From positions 2,728,001-2,792,000 of the forward strand of contig JBHGNT010000017.1 of assembly GCA_043228905.1 (NCBI GenBank): a DNA stretch of 64,000 bases. The letters are read 5' to 3'. Shown in pieces: positions 32,301 through 44,500 of this stretch. Both the position numbers and the translations under genes were made by a program. A model generated the notes under the pieces. That model was given only the letters and a program-made list of their open reading frames with translations. It had not been told where the DNA came from and searched no databases. Origin of the DNA: Azolla caroliniana. Taxonomy: Eukaryota > Plantae > Polypodiophyta. Within the stretch, counting starts at the first letter, position 1. Every line of letters begins with the position of its first letter.

Positions 32301-35300
32301 TGTAAGGAATCAACTCTTCGATTAACCTTCTTCTCTCGGCCACAACCGAGTAAGCGCGAATCGATGCAGCAGAAAATAGGAACCACAGAGAGAGAAACAC
32401 GAATACACAGGGATTAACGTGGAAAACCCTGTACGGGAAAAACCACGGGAGTACAAGACTCCAAACCAACACTATACACAGAGAAGTATACAATGACGAG
32501 CTGCAAGGCGACGACCTTGAGCTCGCTGTCCTCGCCACAGGCGGCGGAAATACACAGAGGCGTCGACCTCTTCCTCTCTCACGCTCTATCTCTTCACAAC
32601 TGCTCTCTCTCTTCACTCCTCTTAAGTGGAAAAACAGAAAAATGATGAGCAACAACAAAACTGTTTGCCCTAAGTCATATTTATACATATATGACTTTGG
32701 GGCTATTTACAACAATAGCCTCAGGGGCCCTTAGCAAACATATTCACGGATATGTCCCTGCATCCGGATCTCTCTCCGGGTACATTCGTCATCCGGCTCC
32801 GAAGCCGGGGTCTTCATCATCCGGTTCCGAAACCGAAAACCGGGCTCGTCGGCATTCATCTCCGGCATCCGACCATCCCATCCGAAGGGACCGTAATCCC
32901 AACAAACTCCCCCTTCACTTCGGCATGGGATGTCTTTCCAATCCGATCCTCTTCCGGCATGCTTCCAGCTTGTCGGGTGTGAGCACCTTGGTCAGCATAT
33001 CCGACCCGTTCTCGTCCGTGTGGATCTTCGTCAGCACGAACTCCTTGTCTTCTATCCTTTCCCGGATCCAGTGGTATCTACGTTGGATGTGTTTCGTCCG
33101 GGAATGGTAGACCGCGTTCTTTGCAAGGTGGATGGCGCTCTGACTATCGCAGTAGAGTCGGTACTCCTCCTGCCGGATCCCGAGCTCTCTAATGAAGTCC
33201 TTCATCCATATTATTTCCTTGCCGGCTTCAACAGCTGCCATGTACTCCGCCTCCGTGGTTGACAACGCAACCGTCTTCTGCAGCCTCGACTGCCACGAAA
33301 CGGCTCCCCCTGCATACGTCATCACATACCCTGATGTGGACCGGCTGGTATCTGCATCAGCCGACATATCCGAATCGGTGAAGCCGTCGAGTTCGGGCTT
33401 ACCGGAGCCGAATCGGAGGCACACGTTTGCCGTGCCCTTCAGGTATCGGAGTATCCACTTGGCCGCGTTCCAATGCTCTTTGCCGGGATTGCTCATGTAC
33501 CGGCTCACCACTCCGACTGCATATCCTATGTCCGGTCGGGTACACACCATCGCGTACATCAAGCTCCCGACGGCTGAGGCATACGGCACTTTCATCATAT
33601 CCTCCTTTTCAGCCTTTGTCTTGGGACTTTGCTTGTTGGACAGCTTGCAGTTTGCCGGGAGAGTCGACCCGACTGGTCTTGCTTCCGACATGTTGAACCG
33701 TTGAAGCACCTTTGTCACGTACTTCTCCTGTGACAGCCACAACTGCTTCTTCTTCCGGTCTCGGATGATGTGCATCCCTAGTATTTGCCTCGCCGGACCC
33801 AGGTCCTTCATTGAGAAGGTTCGGTGAAGAGCCTTCTTCAGCATCCGTATCTTGACCTGGTCCCGTCCGACGATCAACATGTCGTCCACGTACAGGAGGA
33901 GTATTAGAAAGTCTCCTCCTTCGAACTTCTTCACAAACACGCAGTGGTCAGACTGCGTTTTGAGGTACCCTTCGTCGGTCATGAAGGAGTCGAACTTCCG
34001 GTACCATTGCCGGGGAGCCTGCTTCAGTCCGTAAAGGCTCTTCTTCAACCGGCATACCAGGTGCTCCTTCCCTTTCTTCTCGAATCCTTCCGGTTGCTGC
34101 ATGTAGATCTCTTCTTCGAGGTCACCGTGAAGGAATGCCGTCTTCACGTCCATCTGTTCTACCTCGAGGTCCATGCTTGCCGCTATGCTCAGCACCGTTC
34201 GGATGGAGGTCATCTTCACTACCGGGGCAAATATCTCGTCGAAGTCGACGCCCTTCTTCTGCTGAAACCCCTTCACCACGATCCTGGCTTTGTATCTCGG
34301 GGGGTTTCCGGCATCTCCCGGTTTCAGCTTGAACACCCACTTGTTTCGAAGTGCCCGCTTTCCTTTCGGCAACTCCACAAGTTCATATGTGTGGTTCTCA
34401 TGCAGGGAATCCATCTCGTCCTGCATGGCACTCAACCACCTGCGGCTCTGGGTGTCATGTTTTGCTTCTTCAAAGCTCTCCGGCTCCCCCTCGTCGGTTA
34501 GCAGCACGTGCTCTGGTTCCGGAAATCTCCGGGGGGCCCTTCTCTCTCTTAGAGGATATCTCCGTTCCGGAGCTTCGGTAACCGGTTCTTCCGATTCTTC
34601 TTCATCCGAATCCATTTCGGGATCGGGGCCGGTTCCGGTATCATTTTCATCTTCTTCGGCCGGTTCTGTTTCTTCACCGTCTTCGGCCGGATCCTCGAGT
34701 GCTAACCGGTCCCTTGCCGGTCGGGACTGCTCCTCGTAGAGTTGATCCTCACCGGTCGACTTGGAGCTCTTCATCTTCTTCTCCGACTCCCAGTCGGCGA
34801 GTGTCTTGTCCTCCATGAAGATAATGTCTCGACTCCTGAATATCTTCTTGTCGACCGGGTCCCATACTCGGTAGCCGAACTCGTCGTCGCCGTAACCGAG
34901 GAATATGCATGGCCGGGTCTTTGGATCTAGCTTTCCTCTCCGGTCCTTTGCCACATGCACGTATGCGAGACACCCGAACACCTTCAGATGCCGGTAGGAC
35001 ACTTCCTTACCGGTCCACACTTTCTGCGGCGTGTCTCCGTCCAAAGGTACTGAGGGTGATCTGTTTATCACGTATGTCGCGGTCGACATTGCCTCAGCCC
35101 AAAACCCCTTGGGTAATTTCGCATGCGCCAGCATACTCCGGACCCTCTCCATTATGGTCCGGTTCATCCTCTCAGCCAGCCCGTTCAGTTCCGGCGTCTT
35201 CGGCACAGTAAACTCGAGCCGGATTCCCTTCGAGCGATAGTACTCGTGGAACTGCCCCCGGTATTCCCCTCCGTTATCCGCTCGTATCGCTTTCAGCTTC

Positions 35301-37622
35301 TTGCCGGATTCCCTTTCCACTCTCGCGTGGAGTTCTTTGAAGACGCACAACACTTGGTCCTTTGTCTTCAACGGTGCCGTCCACAGCTTCCGGCTGTGAT
35401 CATCAATGAATGTTACGAAATACTGGGCTCCGCCATGTGACTTCGTTTCTACCTGACACACATCAGTGTGCACCAACTCCAATGGTGCGCTACGTCTCGT
35501 CGGTGGCCTTGAATGGAAGGAGGTTCGGTTCTGCTTACCGGCCAGGCAATCGGTGCACTTCTCCAGGTGCACTTGCTTCACTGGAATAAGGTTGTCTTTT
35601 GCAAGCCTCTTCATCCCCTTCTCACTCATGTGGCACAGTCTTTTGTGCCACAGCTCACCGGCAGTGTCGGCTGCCACATTCAGCTCTTCCGGACATAACC
35701 GGGCATTCATCAGGTACAGTGTGTTGTCTTTCCGGGCCCGAGCCACTATCAGGCTCCCCTTGCTGAACTTCATTACGCCGTTCCGGATGCTACCTGTGTA
35801 GCCTTCATCGTCTAGCCTCCCGGCCGAAATCAGGTTCAATCGAACCTCCGGAACGTGTCGAACATCCTTCAGCAGCATTTTGCATCCGGTCGGGGTTGAC
35901 AACCACACGTCTCCGATGCCGGCAATCCGGCACGTACCTTCATTTCCCATCCGAACACAGCCATGCTCACCGACTGTGTAGGATGAGAAGTATCTTCTCT
36001 CCGGGGTCAGGTGGAACGACGCTCCGGAATCGACCACCCAGGTAGTCTCATCGCCGACAATGTTCAGTTCACCTTCTTCGGTGATGAGCATGATTTCTTC
36101 CTCACTTGCCGCGAGTGCCGTCGTTCCTTTCCGGTCCTGCCCTCGCCGATCCGAACCTCTCCGGTCCGTGGCTCCCCGGTATGCGCTGTTTCTCTCCGGT
36201 GACTTCTTCGAATCGGTGTCGTCGGCTCCGTTGTCTTTTCGGTAATGCCGACAATTCTTTCGGAAGTGCCCCGACTTCCCACAGTGGAAGCATGTGGGCC
36301 TTCCTCTTGACTGCGACCGGGTCCCCGACTTCTCCCGTTTTTGCGGACTCCGGTTCCATTGTCTTCCCCGATCCAATTCGGTAAGCAGCGCCTTCGAATC
36401 GGAGGCCGGTTCTTTATCTCTCCGACGCGCTTCTTCGTTCAAAATACTTGTCTTTACCGTTTGTAAGGACAAGTTATCTTCGGTGCAGGAGGTGCTGAGA
36501 GTCACCACCAAGTTCTCCCAGCTTTCCGGCAATGTACACATCAGAATGATGGCTTGCATTGCATCCTCCAACGGGAACTTGATCGCCGCAAGCTGATTCA
36601 CGAATCCCATGAACGTGCTTACGTGTTCCACCATACTCTCGCCGTCCCGGTACTTGAGATTCACTATCTTCCTCATCAGGGAGGTCCAGTTCAACGCATT
36701 CTTCCTCTCGTAGAGGCCCGACAGCTTCTTCCACATCTCATATGCGTTGGTGTCGTTCGCCACATGTTGTAGGACGCTTACATCGACATATTGTCGGATC
36801 GTCGCTACGGCTTTCCGGTTCAGGAGCTTCCACTCCGACTCAAGTACTCCCTTCGGTATTTCCGACCTGTCAATCGGTTCGTACAGGTCCCGAACAATCA
36901 GAAGATCCTCCATCTTGATCTTCCAGTCGGCGTAATTCTGCGCATTCAGCACCATCATCCCCGGCTGCCCGCTGCCGCCGCCTTCCATTTTCTGCAGCAG
37001 CTCGCTCTGATACCAGTTTGTAAGGAATCAACTCTTCGATTAACCTTCTTCTCTCGGCCACAACCGAGTAAGCGCGAATCGATGCAGCAGAAAATAGGAA
37101 CCACAGAGAGAGAAACACGAATACACAGGGATTAACGTGGAAAACCCTGTACGGGAAAAACCACGGGAGTACAAGACTCCAAACCAACACTATACACAGA
37201 GAAGTATACAATGACGAGCTGCAAGGCGACGACCTTGAGCTCGCTGTCCTCGCCACAGGCGGCGGAAATACACAGAGGCGTCGACCTCTTCCTCTCTCAC
37301 GCTCTATCTCTTCACAGCTGCTCTCTCTCTTCACTCCTCTTAAGTGGAAAAACAGAAAAATGATGAGCAACAACAAAACTGTTTGCCCTAAGTCATATTT
37401 ATACATATATGACTTTGGGGCTATTTACAACAATAGCCTCAGGGGCCCTTAGCAAACATATTCACGGATATGTCCCTGCATCCGGATCTCTCTCCGGGTA
37501 CATTCGTCATCCGGCTCCGAAGCCGGGGTCTTCATCATCCGGTTCCGAAACCGAAAACCGGGCTCGTCGGCATTCATCTCCGGCATCCGACCATCCCATC
37601 CGAAGGGACCGTAATCCCAACA
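32301..37622 (-). mobile_element. Intact, very young Ty1/copia element (Tnt1/Tork-like)
   Basis: 604-bp LTRs 32301-32904 and 37019-37622 with about 1 visible difference; 5-bp TSD AACTG; tRNA-iMet PBS ~37003-37015; PPT ~32905-32915. Confidence 0.97.
32915..36988 (-). CDS. Complete copia Gag-Pol polyprotein (1357 aa)
   Basis: CFHCGKSGHFRKNC, WVVDSGAS, WHKRLCH, RADNGGEY, LYVDDML, HSRTKHI; no stops. Confidence 0.97.
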   Translation of the reverse strand: MEGGGSGQPGMMVLNAQNYADWKIKMEDLLIVRDLYEPIDRSEIPKGVLESEWKLLNRKAVATIRQYVDVSVLQHVANDTNAYEMWKKLSGLYERKNALNWTSLMRKIVNLKYRDGESMVEHVSTFMGFVNQLAAIKFPLEDAMQAIILMCTLPESWENLVVTLSTSCTEDNLSLQTVKTSILNEEARRRDKEPASDSKALLTELDRGRQWNRSPQKREKSGTRSQSRGRPTCFHCGKSGHFRKNCRHYRKDNGADDTDSKKSPERNSAYRGATDRRGSDRRGQDRKGTTALAASEEEIMLITEEGELNIVGDETTWVVDSGASFHLTPERRYFSSYTVGEHGCVRMGNEGTCRIAGIGDVWLSTPTGCKMLLKDVRHVPEVRLNLISAGRLDDEGYTGSIRNGVMKFSKGSLIVARARKDNTLYLMNARLCPEELNVAADTAGELWHKRLCHMSEKGMKRLAKDNLIPVKQVHLEKCTDCLAGKQNRTSFHSRPPTRRSAPLELVHTDVCQVETKSHGGAQYFVTFIDDHSRKLWTAPLKTKDQVLCVFKELHARVERESGKKLKAIRADNGGEYRGQFHEYYRSKGIRLEFTVPKTPELNGLAERMNRTIMERVRSMLAHAKLPKGFWAEAMSTATYVINRSPSVPLDGDTPQKVWTGKEVSYRHLKVFGCLAYVHVAKDRRGKLDPKTRPCIFLGYGDDEFGYRVWDPVDKKIFRSRDIIFMEDKTLADWESEKKMKSSKSTGEDQLYEEQSRPARDRLALEDPAEDGEETEPAEEDENDTGTGPDPEMDSDEEESEEPVTEAPERRYPLRERRAPRRFPEPEHVLLTDEGEPESFEEAKHDTQSRRWLSAMQDEMDSLHENHTYELVELPKGKRALRNKWVFKLKPGDAGNPPRYKARIVVKGFQQKKGVDFDEIFAPVVKMTSIRTVLSIAASMDLEVEQMDVKTAFLHGDLEEEIYMQQPEGFEKKGKEHLVCRLKKSLYGLKQAPRQWYRKFDSFMTDEGYLKTQSDHCVFVKKFEGGDFLILLLYVDDMLIVGRDQVKIRMLKKALHRTFSMKDLGPARQILGMHIIRDRKKKQLWLSQEKYVTKVLQRFNMSEARPVGSTLPANCKLSNKQSPKTKAEKEDMMKVPYASAVGSLMYAMVCTRPDIGYAVGVVSRYMSNPGKEHWNAAKWILRYLKGTANVCLRFGSGKPELDGFTDSDMSADADTSRSTSGYVMTYAGGAVSWQSRLQKTVALSTTEAEYMAAVEAGKEIIWMKDFIRELGIRQEEYRLYCDSQSAIHLAKNAVYHSRTKHIQRRYHWIRERIEDKEFVLTKIHTDENGSDMLTKVLTPDKLEACRKRIGLERHPMPK

Positions 37623-37802
37623 AACTGGTCATGGTAAATCAAAGAAAAAGCAAATGATATGGTGGATTGGGTGGTGACAATGATTCGAGTGAAAGAAATG
37701 GAGATGCTCAAAATGGAGGAATCTTACTAATCACCATAGCCAAAATCTCACACTCACTCTTCTTGGCACGTACCAGAGGACGTGCGGTTTGGTGGGGATG
37801 GA

Positions 37803-38949
37803 TGTTGTGAAGATTTTCGACAATGGTGTGAAAATTGCAAGGAACATACAAAATTGAGTGTGGTTCTTCACACATAATATGAAACATAATAGTAAAGATA
37901 CTATTTTAGATTAGTTTAATATCTTGGTACGAAAAGATAGATGTCTTCAAGAGCTTCCAAATGTACTTTACTCCATTTGAAACGGACAACTAAATGTTAA
38001 GTTATGTGAATGTGAAGTTTGAGAAGAAGAAGAAAAAAACAAAACTATGAGATATCCCACATAGATAGGACAAATCAGGATCCCACAGCATATAAGCAGA
38101 GCCAGAACTTATTACTTTTTGTCTATGTGTGGAGCACAGAATGTTCTTGGGTAAAACTGTAGCTTAATTACTCGTAATGGTTTTGGAGGACCGGAACCGG
38201 AACCAGATGGACACGAAACCGGACCGGCGGACGGCGCCGAACCGGAACCGAACTAGATCGGATCTCCGGACCAGATAGACGGATCGATCGGATAGGTTGA
38301 TTGTGACGATTTCGGTGTGAAACGAACAAAATCATCTAGACTAAAAAACCTAGTAAAAATTTGTATACAAAGGGATGCAAGCAAAGCTTGAACCTTGCAC
38401 CTCGAAGATAGGAGGCAATAAACTCACCACTAAGCCAAGTCATTTCTCTAGAAATGTTTTTTCTATCATTATACTTTCGCATGTAAATTCTCATATTAGA
38501 GCTTGAATGAGTGACATGGTTATCATGCATCACATGTAATGCATGAGCGCCAAATGGCAAACATGCATCACATGCATTCCATGCATTGTATGCATGTCTT
38601 GTACCCTCACATGCATCATATGCATGGGGGCATCTATAAAAGAGTGGATGAAAAAGATCAAAGGGGGAGATGTATGAATCAAGAATTTAATAAGAAGAAA
38701 ATTCATTATCCAATTGATGATATATCTAAGTTCTTCAAATCTAAAGTCAAGAGTTCAATCTTAATCTCTCTCTCCATTTTAATCTTTCTCAATCTATTTC
38801 AAAATTGGAATCTTAATCTCAATCTCTCAATCTCTCAATCTATCTTAAATCCTTTCTCGCTAAAGCTAGTGCAAACTTCGAATCCTTCTAGTCCAGGACC
38901 CCGGCGGTTCTGCCTCACGATCCGCACACAGTGACGGATTTTCACGACA
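37803..38949 (+). repeat. AT-rich family W-type 3' LTR
   Basis: TGTTGTGAAG...ttcacgaCA; U5 end similar to family W; the catgcat-rich block is shared with the solo LTR at 40757. Confidence 0.8.
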
Positions 38950-40756
38950 CCGCGTCAGCCCAATAGAAGTTCAGCATGTGCTTGTCATGTAACATGGCCC
39001 GTTGTCGCGTTGTTACGCGCGTGCGTGGAGAGACGAGGCGGGACCAGCGGGGTCTTGAACCGAAGAGCAGGTGATTGAAGGGGAAAGAGGAAGAGAGCGA
39101 CGCCCGGTCACGTATGAGCAAAGAAACACAAAAGGGGGGGGGGGGGGCACGGGCCGTCAAGACAGAAGACGTGAATGGACACAGAGACAGGGAGACACAA
39201 GTGTTTGTATATTAACGAATATCAAGTACACAACAGAGCACGCAAGCGGTTACAACCGAACAGGCCGACGAACAGATGCCGATGCCTATTCGTTTGTGCA
39301 CGAAAGGAGAAAAGGGTGGAGGTGCTGCCGAAAGCACACGGGCGTTCCTCGAAGCAGCACGAGCCTCCTGAAACCCTGCAGAGAAGAGCGATGGAGAACG
39401 AACAGAGGAGAAGCATTCGGTTCCGGTCCGACAGCACTTCGTCCTCCTTAATGCGCGATCCCTTCTCCCTGCGTCTCCCTCTCCTTTATAGCGTCAAGAA
39501 GGGAGCCGTCTCCCTCATTTACTTCCTACCTACCGAATCTAACTACCCAGGATATCTCTATGTACCTAATTCTCTATTATATACATTAAGAGCGCGTACA
39601 CGTGAAGGGCCGGTTCATGGGCGCTATTCACCGATTGCGCCAAGGGACGGTTTTCTTCATGACATCCGCCCCCACCTAACTGCGCATCCACCGGTATGCG
39701 CCAAAATTGGGTTTTGGTTGGAGAAAACCGGTATGGGTTCCGTTTCTTCGTCCATCGGTTCGCCCTCCGTTTCGGATTGTTCGTCTTCGTTCTCCAGGCC
39801 TCTTAGATCCGGTTCGTCGTCGTGGTGCTTCTTGAACGCTTTGATCCGCTTCCCTGCTACCGGCATCGCCATCCTCGTACCGTCAAGTTCCGCCAGGTGA
39901 TACGTCCTGTTGTCGTTGGCGCTCGTTACCACGTATGGCCCGAACCACCGTTTCGCAAACTTCCGTGTTGCTCGGTGCTGGTTGTCGAGGCTGTTGTCGT
40001 AGACTAGCACCCAGTCGCCTTCCTCGATTTTCTTCGGTTGTAGCTGGTGCGTTCGGTCGAACCGGGCTTTGTTCTTCATCCTCGCCGTTTGAAGTTCCCG
40101 ACTTGGCCTCCGCATGCCCGGACTAGCGCTTTGACGATTGGCCCGTGCTCGCGCTCTACCTTCCCGTTTGCCTCCGGATTGTACGCTGTGGTGAGCGAGA
40201 GCTTGACCCCTAACCGGTTGAACAACTCCTCGGCCTCTTCGGCGTCCAACTCCCCGCGGTCAGCCACGATCTTTCCGACACACCCGTACTGGCATATCAC
40301 GTCCTCGATCAGGAACCGACACACGGCCGCGGTCGTTTTGTTCTGCAGGGCTCGGCCTTCCACCTGGTTTGTCAGGTCCTCCCGGGCCAGCACCAGATAT
40401 CGCATCTGCCCTACGCCCATCGGCATCGTCACCAAATCTACCATCCATTTGAAGTGGATGGCCGGAGGGTAAGTGGGGTGAAGCTCGTCCCGATGTCGGA
40501 CTATGGAGTGCATCTGACAGCTCTCACAAGTGGTCACGAACCGATGCACGTCCCGGTACAGTCCCGGCCACCAGTGCTTCCCCTTTAGTTTCTCAAACGT
40601 GGCCCACGTCCCACGATGTCCAGCCCAGGGGCTGTCGTGGTAGGCTTTCAGCAATTCCTCCTGTTCCTCCTTCATCGCCACTACTCGGAGCGGGATGCCG
40701 TTCCTCTTCTTCGGGTGCTTCCACAAGTATCCGTCCCGGAGAAAGAATTAGTACGT

Positions 40757-41516
40757 TGTCGTGAAGGATTTGCTTCACGATATAAAAATAAACTTGAATA
40801 TTGTATTAAGTAACATTTGAGAGACTTGAACCCGTAACCTCACACACCAAGGATAAAGCATATACCATTAGGATAAATAATTTTCTATAGTTATATTTTT
40901 ATCACAATACTTATGACATGTGTATCTTCATACATTAGAGCTTAGATGAGCATGATGGCTATCATGCAGCACATGTAAAGCATGTGCGCCAAATGGCAAT
41001 CATGCATCACATGCATGCCATGCACCCCCATATCATCATATGCATGAGAGAACCTATAAAGAGAGGCAAGGAATTAAGGGATGGATCAAGGGGAAAATAG
41101 GGTAATCAATCAAGAGAAAGTTAGAGAAATAAGATAATCAAAAAAACAAACAAGTTAGCTTGTTGGTGAAGAGGCTCGTGTTTCCAAGTTGAAGTCAAGA
41201 GTTCAAATCAAGGGTCGGTAGAGAAAGGGTTCATCTTGCTACCAAACATTGTAAAGTTGGTAAAATCTTGTATTCGTAATACACATCATGTTCATATCAT
41301 ATACTTTTTTGTCTTAAATCATACTTTGTCTCTATCTTGCGTCTTGAATCATACATTGCCTCTATCTTTTATCTATACTAGTCTCACTCTCACACATATT
41401 ACTTTAAACTATTATTCTTCATATCCTTTATCTTCCTAACATTTGAGCGCAAGCCTTATAAAAGTTCCTACCTTAGTCCCTGCGACTTCGCCGCACGAAC
41501 CACAACTACCCCGACA
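40757..41516 (+). repeat. AT-rich family W-type solo LTR, 4-bp TSD ACGT
   Basis: TGTCGTGAAG...ccccgaCA; ACGT at 40753-40756 and 41517-41520; splits the host integrase linker after NRIRKK. Confidence 0.92.
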
Positions 41517-44500
41517 ACGTTTTCTTCCGGATCCGGTTGGCCTCGTCCCTTGTCCACGATGCGTCCGGCATCATTGTCCTTAAGAATCCCCCAATCTGCA
41601 GCCACTCCCCGTCGTACTTGCTCTTGTTGAAATCGTTAAGCGCCGGAGTGCTTCCCCCCTCGGTTGTTACGTAAGCCGCCTCGAAGAAGTCTACGCCGAC
41701 TTCCTCGTCCTCCGAAACCATGCCGCCCTCGTCGTTGAATCGCGCCCTCGAAAGCATGTCGGCCATGGCTTTGTCTTTCCCGGAAATATGTCATATTTCT
41801 GGATCCAGGGACTTGATGTACGCTATCCACCTGAGCATCGCCAGGTCTGGGGTTGCGCATCCGGAAACCATGCCGAGAATCAGCAGGCAGTCCGTCTCGA
41901 TAATCACTTCTGTCCCGATCAGATAGTCTTTATCGGCCTTCACCGCCGAAACGATACCCCAGAGTTCACGTTTAACGTGGGCGTATCCTCGCCGTCGCTC
42001 GCTGAGGACCTTCGCGCCGAACCGGATTGGGAACCGAGTGCCGTCCTCATCTTCTTGGTGGACGACCCATCCGATCCCGGTCGGACTCGTATCTACCGTT
42101 ATGTAGATGGGAGTGCCTTTCTCGTAGACAGCCTTCCGGAGTGCCGATGTTGCAGAAAGAGCCTCTTTCATCTTTCGGACCGACTTCGCATGCTCGTCTC
42201 GCCACTCGAATTTTCGCCCCTTTTTCAGCAACCCGTATAGTGGCTCGGCAATGTGGGCGTAATGCGGGATCCATATGTGGTAGAACGCGCATGCTCCCAA
42301 AAACCTCCGTACCTCCGTGACCGAGTTATAGTCGGGCTTCATTGAGGAGATGGCTTCCACCTTAGCCGGAGATGGTTTTAGGCCATACGGCCCGCATAGA
42401 TGTCTGACGACCATGATCTCTGATTGCCCGAAGGCCGATTTCTCCCCGGAGAAGGTGAGCCTCGCATCCTCTAGCCTCTATAGCACCCTCTAGCAGTCGT
42501 CAATGTGTGTCGCCACGAATTTCCGGCATCCGTCCGGTCCAACCGTTTCGTCCTTTTCCTCCACCGGACATCCCTTGATCGGGATGTCGTCCAAGAATGG
42601 CATGGTGATGTCCGGGATACAATCCCTCAGCACCTTGTTCATTGCATTCACCATGTGGGCCACCGAGTTCGTCCCTCCTTGTGGCAGGGTGCACATCCGC
42701 ACTAGGCCGAGAGGAGTCCGCATCGTCGTAATGTCTCTGCTCTCTATGGCTAGTTGGAACTGATCGTACCCCGAGTACAGATCACCGACCGAGTAGATCG
42801 ACCTTCCGGTGAAGGCCTCCGCGAACTCGTCTATCGTTGGTCCGACTCCTGCGTTCCGAATGGTCACTCTGTTGACCGGTTGCAAGTCTTGAATGAAGCG
42901 CAATGTCCCGTTCTTCTTCGGTACGGTAAACCACCGGTTCGAGTACGGGGCACTCGACGGTTCGAGGATGCCCATATCGACTTTCTGCCTCAATAGCTCC
43001 ATCAGCTCCGGGATGTGAGCTCTCGGTACCGAAATTGGCTTGAGGTTCCATGGTACATGCGGTACCGTGAATATCACCATCGGCTTCACAATTGTCGGGT
43101 CTACGCACCCGATCTCTTCCGGTGAGAATGTGAAGGCTTTCCCGTGCCTTCCGAGCATTCTCCGAAACCGGTCTTCTTCCGCCGGCAGTAGGAACCCGCC
43201 CCCACCTATTTTGAGCTCCCGTAGCGTTCTGTCGGTGAAGGCGTGCCCTATGTAGGCCGGATCTCGTAAACTGGGGTCCGACGCGACCCCCTCGATTCGC
43301 AACTCGCTGCCCTTCGGTAAGGGTGCCGCGACTGGCCTTACCTTCCGGTCCAGAGTCTTGTACTTCGTGTTAACCCGGGCCGTCCGATCCGACTCGAGCT
43401 CTCGACTGAAGTCCGCGATGACTTCGTACATCTCTTCTGAACAAACCGGTATCGTCCGGTCCTCTTTAAGGCCCTCTCCGACCACCTCTCGCAGTATTCC
43501 CAAGGTATCGTCGAAGGAGACCGCCTCCACGGCTCCGTTGATTTCCTCGCTGGGCCCGAGAACTCCGCACGCCCGAAGTCGCTCTTCCGCCCTCGTCTTT
43601 TCTCGGCCTACGACGCCGACTATCGTACACCCTCTGTTGTCGGAGAAACAAAACTTCCTACTTATGGTACAAGGTTTCTTTGGTTTCGCTTCTATCGTAC
43701 ATTTGTGGGGTTTTCCCGGAGTGTCCGGAGTGTCGCGGCCCCACACCTTGGCAACCCTCTCTAAAAATCCTCTCGGTTCTCGCCACCAAGGGACTCGCGG
43801 TTTCGCTCGTGGTTCGGTCACACCGTCAGGAACTGGACCGAATGATGCCCGTCCTGACTCTTGACCCTCGCGTAAGCCGACCCGTTGTCCAGCACCTTGG
43901 TCTGCATTCGCACTGCCGTAATGTACGGTTCCCCTAGTATGACTGGGTGCGAGGACGTTTCCTGCACAAAGAAGTGCTGGTCTATCTCGACGTTGCCGAT
44001 CTTGATTCGCACGTTTGGGCAGGCCCCGTGTAGTTCCTCGGTGGCGCGCGTCGCCGCCCGTATCTTCCACCCGTGCTTAGTGTTGATCGGCCATTTCCCC
44101 TTCTTGTAGAAGTCCATGGACATCAGGTTTATTTCCGAACCGTGGTCCACCAACGCTACCACCGGTTCCTGAACATCCCCGATCTTCACCGGGGTTTCCG
44201 TGGTCGCTCGGGCCCAGTGTGGCCTCGAATAGTGGCTCTCCGCCCACTCGTCTTCCAGCGCCATGACCTCTATGTGCGTCGTCCGCACTTCCACCGGCCT
44301 TTCCGGTTCTGCCTCCGTCGACAACCTCTTCCTCTTCACCAAGTCCATGATGGAGTCGTGGAACTCCTTCTTGGCGATCCCGAGAACCTCCCGCAACGAC
44401 AGTTCCACCTTGCTGTCGAGGATTCGTTCTTCCAGGACCTTTCGATCTCCGTGCCCAAAAGGTATCCGCCCTTCTTGTGGTTATCCCGGGCACTGGACTC

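Larger units (their letters stand above)
29615..38949 (+). mobile_element. Non-autonomous or chimeric family W-related unit carrying a Gag-derived acidic repeat ORF
   Basis: Partial LTR from 29615 (TGTTGTGAAG) resembles the first ~350 bp of the complete LTR at 37803-38949; family W hairpin and PPT at 37766-37802; no pol; the two outer flanks belong to different hosts. Confidence 0.72.

Noticed and set aside
29611-38953. CCGT/CCGC as the TSD of a single element 29615-38949
   Set aside because: The flanks belong to different host elements and the LTRs do not match along their length; the similarity is explained by the shared CpG target bias
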